A stretch of DNA of 64,000 bases, from IMG/VR virus record IMGVR_UViG_3300024221_000009, positions 1-64,000 of that record. One strand, written 5' to 3'. A program made the translations under genes and the position numbers. The DNA comes from a virus. Shown here in pieces: positions 9,149-18,898 of the stretch. The notes under the pieces were generated by a model that saw nothing but the letters and a program-made list of their open reading frames with translations, did no database searches and was not told the DNA's origin. How positions within the stretch are numbered: the first letter of the stretch is position 1; each line of letters opens with the position of its first letter.

Positions 9149-9871
9149 ATGGCAAAATTAAAATCATTTGAACAGTTTTTATCTGAAATGGATAGAACTG
9201 AAGAAATTCAACAAGACGTTGTTGAATTAGGAGCTCCAGATGAAAAAGGGTCTGAAGAAGCACAAGCTAAAGCAGAAACTGTACAATCTGAAAGAGACGA
9301 AGTTAAGGAATTAACAGAAACTGAAGAAACTGATGTTAAAGAAGGTAACGCCTTTGGAGATGCAGTTAGAAAAGCTAAAGAAGCTGGTGAGAAAGAATTC
9401 GAATTCGAAGGAGAAACTTACAAAGTAGAAGAATCTGAAGAGGTTGAAGCTGAAGAGGTTGAAGAAGAAGCAACTGAAGAAGAAGCTGTTGAAGAATCTG
9501 AAGAGGTTGAAGCTGAAGAGGTTGAAGAAGAAGCAACTGAAGAAGAAGCTGTTGAAGAATCTGAAGAGGTTGAAGCTGAAGAAGAATCACACAAATCAGT
9601 ATCTGAAATGTTAACAGAAGTTTATGAGTCTTGTAAAAACGAAGCTAAAGCTTACGAAGACGATGCACATGACGAACACACTGTAGAATCTTATATGAAA
9701 GAAAACGCTGCATTAATCGCTGCGTTAGCTGCAAAATCTTTAAAAGAAATGAAAGAAGAATACGCAGTAGAAGCTTATGAAGCTGCTTGTAATTCTATGA
9801 TAGAGTCTTACACGAATAAAATGAATGAAATGAAAGAATCTGATAGCGCACATGACGCTGAAGAAGCTTAA
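9149..9871 (+). CDS. highly acidic internal head/scaffold-like protein
   Basis: MAKLKSFEQFLSE start, Glu-rich repeats, GATATATA motif at 9106, terminator downstream. Confidence 0.6.
   Translation: MAKLKSFEQFLSEMDRTEEIQQDVVELGAPDEKGSEEAQAKAETVQSERDEVKELTETEETDVKEGNAFGDAVRKAKEAGEKEFEFEGETYKVEESEEVEAEEVEEEATEEEAVEESEEVEAEEVEEEATEEEAVEESEEVEAEEESHKSVSEMLTEVYESCKNEAKAYEDDAHDEHTVESYMKENAALIAALAAKSLKEMKEEYAVEAYEAACNSMIESYTNKMNEMKESDSAHDAEEA
9428..9582 (+). repeat. 63-bp perfect tandem repeat, about 2.5 copies (EESEEVEAEEVEEEATEEEAV)
   Basis: Units 9428-9490 and 9491-9553, partial unit 9554-9582. Confidence 0.95.
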
Positions 9872-9894
9872 TAACATATAATTTACTCTCTAAT

Positions 9895-9922
9895 AAAGCC
9901 TGGATATTTCCAGGCTTTTTTT
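9895..9922 (+). terminator. intrinsic terminator
   Basis: AAAGCCTGGA-tatt-TCCAGGCTTT stem followed by a T-tract. Confidence 0.85.
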
Positions 9923-9927
9923 ATTTA

Positions 9928-9955
9928 GAAACTATTCTACGTTTATTGATATAAT
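9928..9955 (+). promoter_or_regulatory. GAAAC-N17-TATAAT promoter (class II)
   Basis: GAAAC 9928-9932, TATAAT 9950-9955, immediately after the terminator. Confidence 0.72.
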
Positions 9956-9976
9956 ATATCAATAAAACAAATAAAC

Positions 9977-10393
9977 ATGCCAAGATTACCTATTGAAATA
10001 ATTTACATGCAAAACGCATATCAGTTTGCAAAGTTAAGTTATGCTGAAAGAAGAAAGGTAGGGTGTATTATCGTAAAAGATCATCAAGTTATTTCTTTCG
10101 GATATAATGGAATGCCACATGGATTTAATAATGTGTGTGAAGATGGTAATATAACAAAACCAGCAGTCTTACATGCTGAATCAAATGCAATTATGAAAGT
10201 TGCTAAATCAACAATGAGTTGCGAAGGTGCAGAGCTATATACGACAACATGTCCTTGTTTTGGATGTGCAAAGTTAATTATACAAGCTGGTATATCAAAG
10301 GTATATTATACAGAAGATTATAGAGATATGAGCGGTGTTGAACTATTACAACAAGCTGGTATTATTGTTGAACAAGTAAATGTTTGGAATTAA
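9977..10393 (+). CDS. dCMP deaminase
   Basis: VGC, GYNG, HAESNAI and CPCFGC zinc-deaminase motifs. Confidence 0.92.
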   Translation: MPRLPIEIIYMQNAYQFAKLSYAERRKVGCIIVKDHQVISFGYNGMPHGFNNVCEDGNITKPAVLHAESNAIMKVAKSTMSCEGAELYTTTCPCFGCAKLIIQAGISKVYYTEDYRDMSGVELLQQAGIIVEQVNVWN

Positions 10394-10599
10394 TGGGATT
10401 TAATAAAAGATACGTACCAGAGGTTAAAGAATTAAAAAAGACACTATTAGAGAAAGGATCTAATTGGTTTTATAAAATATATGTAACATCACCAGATGCT
10501 CTTATAGGTCCATCTGAATCAATTGAGTTTATTGAAGAATTTCAAAAAAACAATAAAATAAACAAAACCGATTTTAGTGATATAATAATAAATTCATAA
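10384..10599 (+). CDS. hypothetical protein (MGFNKRY type)
   Basis: ORF overlapping the previous stop; may start at the second Met (10393). Confidence 0.6.
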   Translation: MELMGFNKRYVPEVKELKKTLLEKGSNWFYKIYVTSPDALIGPSESIEFIEEFQKNNKINKTDFSDIIINS

Positions 10600-10600
10600 A

Positions 10601-11101
10601 ATGGCAGAAGTGAAAGATAATATAGAAAAATACCAATGGAAAAAAGGAGAAAGCTTTGGTAAAATAGTTACAGTTGATCATAGAGATTCTAAGTTTACAT
10701 ATTTTACAGATGGTTCTCAAATTTTTAACAATGTTATTGGTGAGTTTCTAGAGAAAGTAGAAAATGATGTAATTCCATTTCCTACTGTAACCCCATCAAT
10801 CAAGATAGAAGATAAAGAGCCTGTACCTACGCAGCAAATTTCTGTAGAACAAGAACACCAACCTTCTATTATGGGTAAGATGATTACTAAAATGAGTAAG
10901 AAAAATGTAGTTAGTGTTCCTATTCAAATCAATTTAAACATTCCTACACCAGCTCTACATTCTATGTTATCTGAAAGTATGGAAGACGAGGATCTTAATG
11001 ACGAGATAATGTCAGTTGCCCTTTCTCAAATAGAATTAGATAAATTACAAGAGTACATTAAAGGAAATATTGTAGAATTCTTAAAAGAATACTACTCATA
11101 A
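10601..11101 (+). CDS. hypothetical protein (166 aa)
   Basis: ORF preceded by TAAAC-N17-TATAAT (10559-10586). Confidence 0.7.
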   Translation: MAEVKDNIEKYQWKKGESFGKIVTVDHRDSKFTYFTDGSQIFNNVIGEFLEKVENDVIPFPTVTPSIKIEDKEPVPTQQISVEQEHQPSIMGKMITKMSKKNVVSVPIQINLNIPTPALHSMLSESMEDEDLNDEIMSVALSQIELDKLQEYIKGNIVEFLKEYYS

Positions 11102-11146
11102 TATAAAAAGTATAAATATACTATAATCAATTAAACATTTATAAAA

Positions 11147-11539
11147 ATGGCAAAAGGATCATCATACGCTAGAAAGCAAAAAAGACAACAATTTAGACAA
11201 GCAGGTTTTTTAAAAATAAAAAACATGTTCGGTAGATTTTCAGAGCAAGGAATAGCATGGTATACTAAAATGGCTGAAGACGGAAAAGAATCAGAACGTA
11301 TAAACGAAAAGAGAAGATTAGACTCAATTGAAGAGCAACTAATGTCTAAATTAAATATATTAAAAGAAACTTGGGAATCTTTCGGATATAACTCTGATGA
11401 AATTTCTAAATTAGAAGAAGCATGGACAATAACTGCAATTAAAGATAAAGATACTTATAGAGCTGATAAAAAACAGGCAAATGTATTAAGAAGAGAAGCT
11501 CAACAATCTTTAGCAGCTAGAAAAAATGCAGGAAATTAA
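11147..11539 (+). CDS. hypothetical protein (130 aa, basic N-terminus)
   Basis: ORF with A-rich start context. Confidence 0.7.
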   Translation: MAKGSSYARKQKRQQFRQAGFLKIKNMFGRFSEQGIAWYTKMAEDGKESERINEKRRLDSIEEQLMSKLNILKETWESFGYNSDEISKLEEAWTITAIKDKDTYRADKKQANVLRREAQQSLAARKNAGN

Positions 11540-11840
11540 ATTACAACTAGCAGATAATGGCGTAATTAGATCAGTGGTTGATGACAATATTAACGGTGCT
11601 GGAGAAACTTACGAATCTACTACAGTATATGAGTTTGATAGTATATCGAACAAAATTAAATTTATTGAAGAACTTTGTATAGACGTTGGTCTAGAATTAG
11701 GAAACTCTAAATCTAAAATACAGATACAAATTGATTCAGATTGGGGAGAACATTATAAAGCTTCTCCCTCTGAAATTGATTTTAAAATAAAGAATTTGGA
11801 ACTCAAAATAAAAGAGTTGCAAGAAAAGAAAAATGGATAG
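11526..11840 (+). CDS. hypothetical protein (104 aa)
   Basis: Overlapping operon-like ORF. Confidence 0.65.
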   Translation: MQEIKLQLADNGVIRSVVDDNINGAGETYESTTVYEFDSISNKIKFIEELCIDVGLELGNSKSKIQIQIDSDWGEHYKASPSEIDFKIKNLELKIKELQEKKNG

Positions 11841-12243
11841 TAATCTAAATATAGAATGTGTTTGGTATAAATCAAAGAGAGATTTCAATAAGTTCGTAAG
11901 ATCAATTGAAGATCCTCAATTAAGTATCATAGATTATTCTATAATTAAAAATAAACTTATAAAGGCAGATCCTTATAATGAGGAGCCAATAGACTCTATC
12001 ATAGGTTTAAATATTATCCAATCTTTAAAAAACGCAGTTAATCCTGAAAAGAAACCTATCACAACAGTAGTATACTCGTTTAAAAACTTAAATATAGATA
12101 CAGTTTCTAATACAAAGGATTTAATAAATTCAATAACTGAAAGAGAAATTAGCTTCGTTTTAAATGTTTTAAACATGGATCAAATACCTTCTAAAGCAAT
12201 TTTAAGCAAGTTTGATTTTGTCAAGTTTGTAGATAATGGTTAA
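11833..12243 (+). CDS. hypothetical protein (136 aa)
   Basis: Overlapping operon-like ORF. Confidence 0.65.
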   Translation: MDSNLNIECVWYKSKRDFNKFVRSIEDPQLSIIDYSIIKNKLIKADPYNEEPIDSIIGLNIIQSLKNAVNPEKKPITTVVYSFKNLNIDTVSNTKDLINSITEREISFVLNVLNMDQIPSKAILSKFDFVKFVDNG

Positions 12244-12826
12244 TCATAGACTTTTTAGTAAAGGTGAATATATTCACGCTTTAATTTCAAACACAAGATA
12301 TTCAAATATAGTTTTTCCGGTAAGGGCAATTATATATGACGTTAAGTTCGATGAGACAATGCCTAAATATCAGATTAGAATAGTTAAGTTCTATGATGAC
12401 ATTAATTTTTTAAAAAGGTATTTCTTCGATATGAACTTTGATAAAAATTTCGATGGAGGTTCAACTAAATTTAGATTTAATAGAGATAAATTTAAAACTA
12501 AAGATGAACTTACTAAATATCTAGATGCGAACGCTGAAACCTATTCAATTGTAGTCGATTCAGTTATGTGTACCAAATCATATAACCAGATTTCAGAGTT
12601 ATATAATAATATTCAAGATTTTTTAATTGAAAAAGAATTAAGAGATTTATATGAAAAAGCCACAAGATCCTCTTATTCTAAAGGCCAATATTATTATGAA
12701 TCCAAAGGAGTATTTGAAGCTCATCTTAAAAAGTTTTTAGGAGATAGAGCACCTTCCAATAAAAAATACTACGATAAATTACTTTTTAGACCAACAGGAC
12801 CAGATTACGATAACTTAAAAGCATAG
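12236..12826 (+). CDS. hypothetical protein (196 aa)
   Basis: Overlapping operon-like ORF. Confidence 0.7.
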   Translation: MVNHRLFSKGEYIHALISNTRYSNIVFPVRAIIYDVKFDETMPKYQIRIVKFYDDINFLKRYFFDMNFDKNFDGGSTKFRFNRDKFKTKDELTKYLDANAETYSIVVDSVMCTKSYNQISELYNNIQDFLIEKELRDLYEKATRSSYSKGQYYYESKGVFEAHLKKFLGDRAPSNKKYYDKLLFRPTGPDYDNLKA

Positions 12827-12877
12827 GAATAAATCTGAATATATATAATACTAGTTTAAATAATATTATATAATTAC

Positions 12878-14650
12878 ATGCCAGGACTTAATATAAAAGG
12901 TGCGACTAATTCGGTTGGAAAGGGAATCAGTAAAGGAATTCAAGGTGGGATAAACTCTATTAAAAGGGCAGCCGGCTTTGACGTTGATTTAGAAAATCCT
13001 GACGGGGTTCAATCTCAACTTACTTCTAGAAATACAAATAACTCTTTAAAATCTAATCAAGAATTAGATAATAACTTAAATATCGCAGGAGTATCTGGGG
13101 ATATTACAGTTGAAAATGTAGGTACTGATGGCTCTAAATTTTATACAAATTTAGAAGAGTCAGTCACTCATACAATTCCTGACGGTTTAGACGGAAAAAC
13201 GACCGGAGGAGACATTACAATAGGTCCAAGACCATTTTCTTTATTTAGTAAATATTCTTTAGTTGATTTTAGAGGAAGTGTTTTAAACCCAGAAGGTGGT
13301 AAAGCCGGTGGTGCAAGTAAGCATTTTAATAAAATTGACCCGAGTGTATTAGCAAATCCAACTGCATCTAAAATTATACAAATGACCGAAGGAATTGCCG
13401 ATAATTATGGATATGCATATAGTTATTCTGATTTTGCATTAACACGTTATTTTGGTAAAATACCAAATAACATGATGATTACTTTAAGAAGATTTTCATT
13501 TCCATGTCCTGATGATATTATATCTCCAAAAAGTATGGGCGGTGAGAGTGTACCTCAACCGGATATTGCTCGAGCTATTACTTGGATGGGAGAATCTACT
13601 GGTAATAATCTATCAGATATTATGAAATTTTCACATGGTTTCAATTGGAAAGAAGCTGAGGCTAAAGTCCAAACACTACAATCTCAAACAAAATCGAGAT
13701 CGGGTACATTTGGAGCTAGAATCGCGGGAGACAGGTTATTATCAGCTGCAGCATCTGCAGCACAGGGTAAAGACGCTTATGAAACGGCATCAGCAGACGC
13801 AAATGCAGGGTATGATTCATTTACTAATACATATCCTAATCACGTGTTTGGCCCTATCAATGTAATTAATAAAGTTTTAATGAGAGAACAGGGTATGACA
13901 TTTAATCAAGAATTTAGTCTTAAGTTTGAATATGAGCTAAGAGATCTTGGAGGATCAAATCCTAAAATTTTAATGATGGATCAACTTGCAAACATATTGG
14001 CTCTTACATATAATAATGCTCCTTTTTGGGGTGGGGCCGTTAGATATATTGGAGATGGATCAATTACTAAACCGCTAGGTGATATTGAAAAAATAAGAAA
14101 TGGAGATTTTGGAGGTTTTATGCAGACTGTTCTTCAAGATATTACAAAGAGTGGGAGAGGAGCTAGTCTGACTCAAATGTTTGACAATGTAAAAGATGGT
14201 TTAAAAAAGAATGGAATTGGTAAAGTTTTTGGAAATTTATTAGGAGGTGGTTTAATGAAAATGTTTAATACTCCACAGGGAGGACAAGCAGTTCAGTCTC
14301 TTTTAACTGGTGATTCAACTGGACAATGGCATGTTACTATTGGTAATCCATTAAATCCTATTGCGGTTATGGGTAATATGGCATGTACTGATACTGAAGT
14401 GAATTTCGAAGGAGCTATGGGACCTAATGATTTCCCGGAAAGAATGGTAGTAATTGTTAAATTAAAACCAGCAAGACCAAGAGATAAAGCTGAAATTGAA
14501 TCAATGTTTAACCTGGGTCGTGGTAGATTCTACATACAACCATCAGACTCAGTAGATATTAATGCAGTAACAGATGTAGATGCTTATGGTAAAACCAAAG
14601 GCAAAAACTCGAATATTGTTAAAGAATTGAGAAAATTAGCAAACGGATAA
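12878..14650 (+). CDS. putative baseplate/tail-tube initiator protein
   Basis: First gene of the tail module, late motif at 12837, followed by a LysM/gp53-like gene; function inferred from position. Confidence 0.45.
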   Translation: MPGLNIKGATNSVGKGISKGIQGGINSIKRAAGFDVDLENPDGVQSQLTSRNTNNSLKSNQELDNNLNIAGVSGDITVENVGTDGSKFYTNLEESVTHTIPDGLDGKTTGGDITIGPRPFSLFSKYSLVDFRGSVLNPEGGKAGGASKHFNKIDPSVLANPTASKIIQMTEGIADNYGYAYSYSDFALTRYFGKIPNNMMITLRRFSFPCPDDIISPKSMGGESVPQPDIARAITWMGESTGNNLSDIMKFSHGFNWKEAEAKVQTLQSQTKSRSGTFGARIAGDRLLSAAASAAQGKDAYETASADANAGYDSFTNTYPNHVFGPINVINKVLMREQGMTFNQEFSLKFEYELRDLGGSNPKILMMDQLANILALTYNNAPFWGGAVRYIGDGSITKPLGDIEKIRNGDFGGFMQTVLQDITKSGRGASLTQMFDNVKDGLKKNGIGKVFGNLLGGGLMKMFNTPQGGQAVQSLLTGDSTGQWHVTIGNPLNPIAVMGNMACTDTEVNFEGAMGPNDFPERMVVIVKLKPARPRDKAEIESMFNLGRGRFYIQPSDSVDINAVTDVDAYGKTKGKNSNIVKELRKLANG

Positions 14651-14651
14651 T

Positions 14652-15140
14652 ATGAAATCAATAGATAATAAAAAAGTAAAAAATAATAAACTCAGATTAA
14701 CTGAGCCTTGCGTTCTATTTAATGAAAATGTTAAAACCATGACAGTATACACTGTACATGCTGATGAAGTTGGTAGAATTGATTTAATTGCCGATAGAGT
14801 ATATAACAATACAACATACTCTGAACAAATATTAAAATTCAATAACATTTCTAATCCATTTTCAATTAATGAAGGAGATGTTCTTAATATACCATATACT
14901 GATCTTCCATTTAAGAATTGGAAAACTATTAAACCACAAGATAAATCAGATAGCTCACATCCTATTAAAGATCAATTTATGGATAGTAAGAGATTAACTG
15001 TTAAAGATCAGAACAGAATTGAATATTTAAAACAAAAGGCATCACAAAAATTAAACGGATCTAAAGAAATACTTCCACCTAATATCCTTAAAGATGGAGA
15101 AAAGAATATGGATATAGAAGGAGGCACAATTACTATTTAA
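14652..15140 (+). CDS. baseplate wedge LysM/gp53-like protein
   Basis: GRIDLIADRVY...ILKFNNISNPFSINEGDVLNIP. Confidence 0.7.
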   Translation: MKSIDNKKVKNNKLRLTEPCVLFNENVKTMTVYTVHADEVGRIDLIADRVYNNTTYSEQILKFNNISNPFSINEGDVLNIPYTDLPFKNWKTIKPQDKSDSSHPIKDQFMDSKRLTVKDQNRIEYLKQKASQKLNGSKEILPPNILKDGEKNMDIEGGTITI

Positions 15141-15141
15141 T

Positions 15142-16983
15142 ATGGCAGTACAGGGTAAAATTTTAACTAAATTAGAACCAACCATAGAACTTGATAAGCT
15201 TAAATTTAAATCTTATAAAGAGTCTGAGGGAGATAATCCTGGAGATAACAATACATCTCAAGAATTAGGTGTTGAGTTTCCTTTAATATTTGTTAATGGT
15301 TATAGGTTTAATAAACCAGACATTAAGCATTTTGACATATCTTTAGCGGAGTTTTCTCCGACAATAAACATAACTATAATAGATTCAGAATCCTTATTTT
15401 CAGCTGATTCATACCCAAGAGATGGTGATGTAATTAACGTAAGAATAGCTTCTAGAGCAAAAGACATATATAAGGATATTAGAATGGATTTTGATATTGT
15501 TGATGTGATATCACCTCCTAAATCTGCAGAAGCAAATAATATGGGAGGAGCTATTTATACGTTAAGTGGTAGGATGAAAATACCAGGATTATATGCAGAA
15601 CAATGTAAATCATACGGAGTAGGAACTACATTAGATCATTTAGAAAAAATAACCACTGAACTTAAATTAGGTTTAGCTTCAAATGTAGATTTAACCGACG
15701 ATTCAATGAATTTAATAACGCCGTATGAGCCAATTAAAGACACTATCGAGGATTTAGTAAAACACTCTTACGTCAATGAAGATTCATTTGTGACATGTTG
15801 TGTAGATCCTTATTATTATTTTAATTTCGTAGATTTAAATTCTATATTAAATGCAGATGAAGACTTTGAAGATGCTATTTCTTCTTTTGACGAAAATATA
15901 AATGACACATTAGGACCTGAAGCTACTAATGAAACTAATTTAATAGATAAATCCCCATTAGCAATAACATCTTTTTCAGGAGCAGCCGGCACTAATGTAC
16001 ATATTTCAAAATATGCAATACAAAACAATTCTGGGGAAATAGTAAAAAAGAACGGATATAAAAGAGTTCTTCAATTTTTTGAGAATGATTCTGAGGAAAC
16101 TGGATTAGTAAACTTTGATGTTGAGCCTTTATCTTCTAATAATCTTAAAGACATACATGAGCCTCTTAAAGGACGTAGGGACGAGGAGAGATACAAACAA
16201 GAAATAAAATATAAGTATGTTGGCAGAAGACATAGTGATGCAGAAACATCGAATACACACTTAAATTACAACTTTGCAGGATTACATAATGTTCAAAATC
16301 TTCAAGAGCTTGATAAGGTTTTTTTAGAAGTTGAATTATCAACATGGAATCCTGCTATATATAGATATCAAAAATTGCCAGTTGCAATATACTCAGAAAC
16401 TCCTGATAAAACTGCGGCCGATGCTGCTTTAAAGACCAAGAAAGAAGAATTAGGATTTGAGGCTAAAGAAAAAGAGGAAATAGCCGACGGTAGTAGAAAT
16501 GAAAACGATGGTGTTGGGGTAATTGATGAATTCTTAAGTGGGTTTTATATTGTTGGAGAAATAAGTTATGTATATACAAGGAAAACAGGCAAAACTGTAC
16601 AAAAGATGAAACTTCTCAGAAGAGAATGGCCAAGTCGCATAAATAATATACCTGAAAATATTTCAGAACCTGCACCTGAGCCAGCGCCTCAACCAGCGCC
16701 TCAACCGGCTCCTGAACCAACCCCAGAACCGGCACCAGAGCCTACACCGGAACCTACACCGGAACCTACGCCAGAGCCAACGCCACACTTATATGAAATC
16801 TTAATAACTGGTAATACGTTGCAAATAGTTGTATTTGACGCAAGTGGAGCTGAAGTATATAGAGGTGAACCTAGAATTAGTGTAAACCCAATACTAGATG
16901 AGGGTGGAGTTGTAAATGAAGCTAAAGCAGCTTTAGATCCATCGAAACAAGATCCTAACGTCCAAAACATGCGAAAAAAATAA
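15142..16983 (+). CDS. putative baseplate hub-like protein with Pro-rich linker and appended C-terminal domain
   Basis: Lies between the LysM and spike genes; hub-like end FLSGFYIVGEISYVY...KLLRREWP. Confidence 0.5.
   Translation: MAVQGKILTKLEPTIELDKLKFKSYKESEGDNPGDNNTSQELGVEFPLIFVNGYRFNKPDIKHFDISLAEFSPTINITIIDSESLFSADSYPRDGDVINVRIASRAKDIYKDIRMDFDIVDVISPPKSAEANNMGGAIYTLSGRMKIPGLYAEQCKSYGVGTTLDHLEKITTELKLGLASNVDLTDDSMNLITPYEPIKDTIEDLVKHSYVNEDSFVTCCVDPYYYFNFVDLNSILNADEDFEDAISSFDENINDTLGPEATNETNLIDKSPLAITSFSGAAGTNVHISKYAIQNNSGEIVKKNGYKRVLQFFENDSEETGLVNFDVEPLSSNNLKDIHEPLKGRRDEERYKQEIKYKYVGRRHSDAETSNTHLNYNFAGLHNVQNLQELDKVFLEVELSTWNPAIYRYQKLPVAIYSETPDKTAADAALKTKKEELGFEAKEKEEIADGSRNENDGVGVIDEFLSGFYIVGEISYVYTRKTGKTVQKMKLLRREWPSRINNIPENISEPAPEPAPQPAPQPAPEPTPEPAPEPTPEPTPEPTPEPTPHLYEILITGNTLQIVVFDASGAEVYRGEPRISVNPILDEGGVVNEAKAALDPSKQDPNVQNMRKK
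16666..16785 (+). repeat. 12-bp degenerate tandem repeat x10 encoding (E/Q)P(A/T)P
   Basis: GC-rich island: EPAPEPAPQPAPQPAPEPTPEPAPEPTPEPTPEPTPEPTP. Confidence 0.9.
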
Positions 16984-16996
16984 GATAAATAGTTAT

Positions 16997-18187
16997 ATGT
17001 CAGACTTTAAGAGAATATCAGATTTTAAGAAAAGTAAGTTATCTAGATACCCGTATCAAGATCCAACATACTTGTCTTTTGTTATGCTTTTTGATTTTAC
17101 AGATCAAATAAATTCACCACTATTATCTTTAAGTGCTGAAAATTATCTAGCTAAATTGGCTAATGCCGATTCAACTGAATCTGAGTTTTATAAAGAAAGA
17201 TTAGAAAATTTACAAAATTTTAAAAAGGCTTTAAAAACTATCAATAATGAAATGCCATGGTACTGGCAAAGTCTTTCTGGTTTAGAAAGAACTCAACAGT
17301 ATAATCCTGAAAATGCGTATATGGGAGGAGACGATGCAAGAATTGAAATTACAACATTAGAATCTTTAAATCTACCTGTAGCTGGATTAATGCATCTTTA
17401 TAGAAAAGCTGTATTTGATGAAAGAAAATGGAGTTATATTCTTCCTAGCAATTTACGTAAATTTAGAATTTATATTTATGTAAGTGAAGTTAGAAAAATT
17501 AAAGATAATGCAAAGCCTAAAATCGGTGGTTTAAACAAAGATGCTCTTAGAGGGTTTCCAGATAATTTTAAACCAACTTTAAGTATAGAAGATAAAAATA
17601 AAGAAATATCTGGAGTTTCGGGTAGACCTTATTTTATGATATCATTAAAGGATTGTGAATTTGATATAAAAGAAGGTGTTGAGATATTTACAGATTTACA
17701 AAAATCTCCAGAAGCACCTGCAACTGGTAAAATTGCATTTAATTATGAAGTGTTATACAATGTAGAATCTAGAGTTTTAAATGGTATAATAACAAGTGAA
17801 TTTGGTTCTGATAATTTAGCACCATCTCCTGATGGAGAAGGAGTTTCACCAAATACTGTTGGTGATTGGTTATTAGATAAAGCGAAAGAAAAAGGACAGG
17901 CGTTTGTCGATAGAGCAGTTGGTGATTTGAAAAACCAAGGTTTAGAAAAAATGCAAGAATTAAAAGCGGCTGCAAAGGACGCGACTATTGGTAGATTAGA
18001 TAGAAGTATTAATAATATTTATAAAGAATTTATAACTGGTGTAGATAATGCAACTGGCGATATAACTAACAATATTAAAGAATCTATAGGCGAAAATATT
18101 CATGGATCTGCCGCAGGTGCAGATACTGTATTAGATGCTCTTACTACTGCGTCTAGAAACTCTTTAGGAAGCGTATACGATGAATAG
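16997..18187 (+). CDS. putative tail-tube-fold/baseplate structural protein
   Basis: In the tail module; YQDPTYLSF, WYWQSLSGL; function inferred from position. Confidence 0.45.
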   Translation: MSDFKRISDFKKSKLSRYPYQDPTYLSFVMLFDFTDQINSPLLSLSAENYLAKLANADSTESEFYKERLENLQNFKKALKTINNEMPWYWQSLSGLERTQQYNPENAYMGGDDARIEITTLESLNLPVAGLMHLYRKAVFDERKWSYILPSNLRKFRIYIYVSEVRKIKDNAKPKIGGLNKDALRGFPDNFKPTLSIEDKNKEISGVSGRPYFMISLKDCEFDIKEGVEIFTDLQKSPEAPATGKIAFNYEVLYNVESRVLNGIITSEFGSDNLAPSPDGEGVSPNTVGDWLLDKAKEKGQAFVDRAVGDLKNQGLEKMQELKAAAKDATIGRLDRSINNIYKEFITGVDNATGDITNNIKESIGENIHGSAAGADTVLDALTTASRNSLGSVYDE

Positions 18188-18896
18188 CGAAGAACTTGAA
18201 AAAGATAATATTAGAGAAACTCACTGGTTAGGTGCAGTTGTCGATAACACAGATCCTAAAAATTTAGGTAGGTGTAGAATCAAGGTGTATGGTAAATTTG
18301 ATAACTTGCCAGACGATGCTATTCCATGGGCAACTCCTATGAATAGGGATTTACCAGGTTCACATGCAACCCCTAGAGTTGGCGATATAGTTGCAGTTAG
18401 ATTTGATAACGGAAACATATATCATCCAGAATATTGGTTTCACATTAATCAAAACAAAGAATTAAAAGAAGATATTTTAGAATCTTCATCAGCACCACAG
18501 GACGTTATCAGTTTAGTGTATGACGCTGAAAGAAACTTAAGAATATATCATTCACAAGACGACGGGTTAGTAATCACAAGAGGAAGTGGAGCTAAAGAAA
18601 GACCACTTATTCAAATAGACGAAGATGGTATGATAAAGATTTCAACAGATGAAAAGATATTCTTAGATTCTGGAAATATATTTTTATCAAATGAAGGAGA
18701 AGCTGGGGCTGACGAAAGCGAACCAGCTGTTAGAGGAGTATCTTTAGAAACTTGGTTAAATACTTTTTTAGATGATTATAAGGCACATACTCATCCAACT
18801 GGTGTAGGACCTTCTGGGCCTCCATTAGCGCCGACGCCTATTTTTATAAATCAAGCAAAGAACAATCATATTAACTATCAACAAAAAAATAAATAA
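18180..18896 (+). CDS. baseplate central spike (gp5/VgrG N-terminal OB fold, no lysozyme domain)
   Basis: GAVVDNTDPKNLGRCRIKV...IPWATP...VAVRF; C-terminal HTHPTGVGPSGPP apex motif. Confidence 0.8.
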   Translation: MNSEELEKDNIRETHWLGAVVDNTDPKNLGRCRIKVYGKFDNLPDDAIPWATPMNRDLPGSHATPRVGDIVAVRFDNGNIYHPEYWFHINQNKELKEDILESSSAPQDVISLVYDAERNLRIYHSQDDGLVITRGSGAKERPLIQIDEDGMIKISTDEKIFLDSGNIFLSNEGEAGADESEPAVRGVSLETWLNTFLDDYKAHTHPTGVGPSGPPLAPTPIFINQAKNNHINYQQKNK

Positions 18897-18898
18897 TT

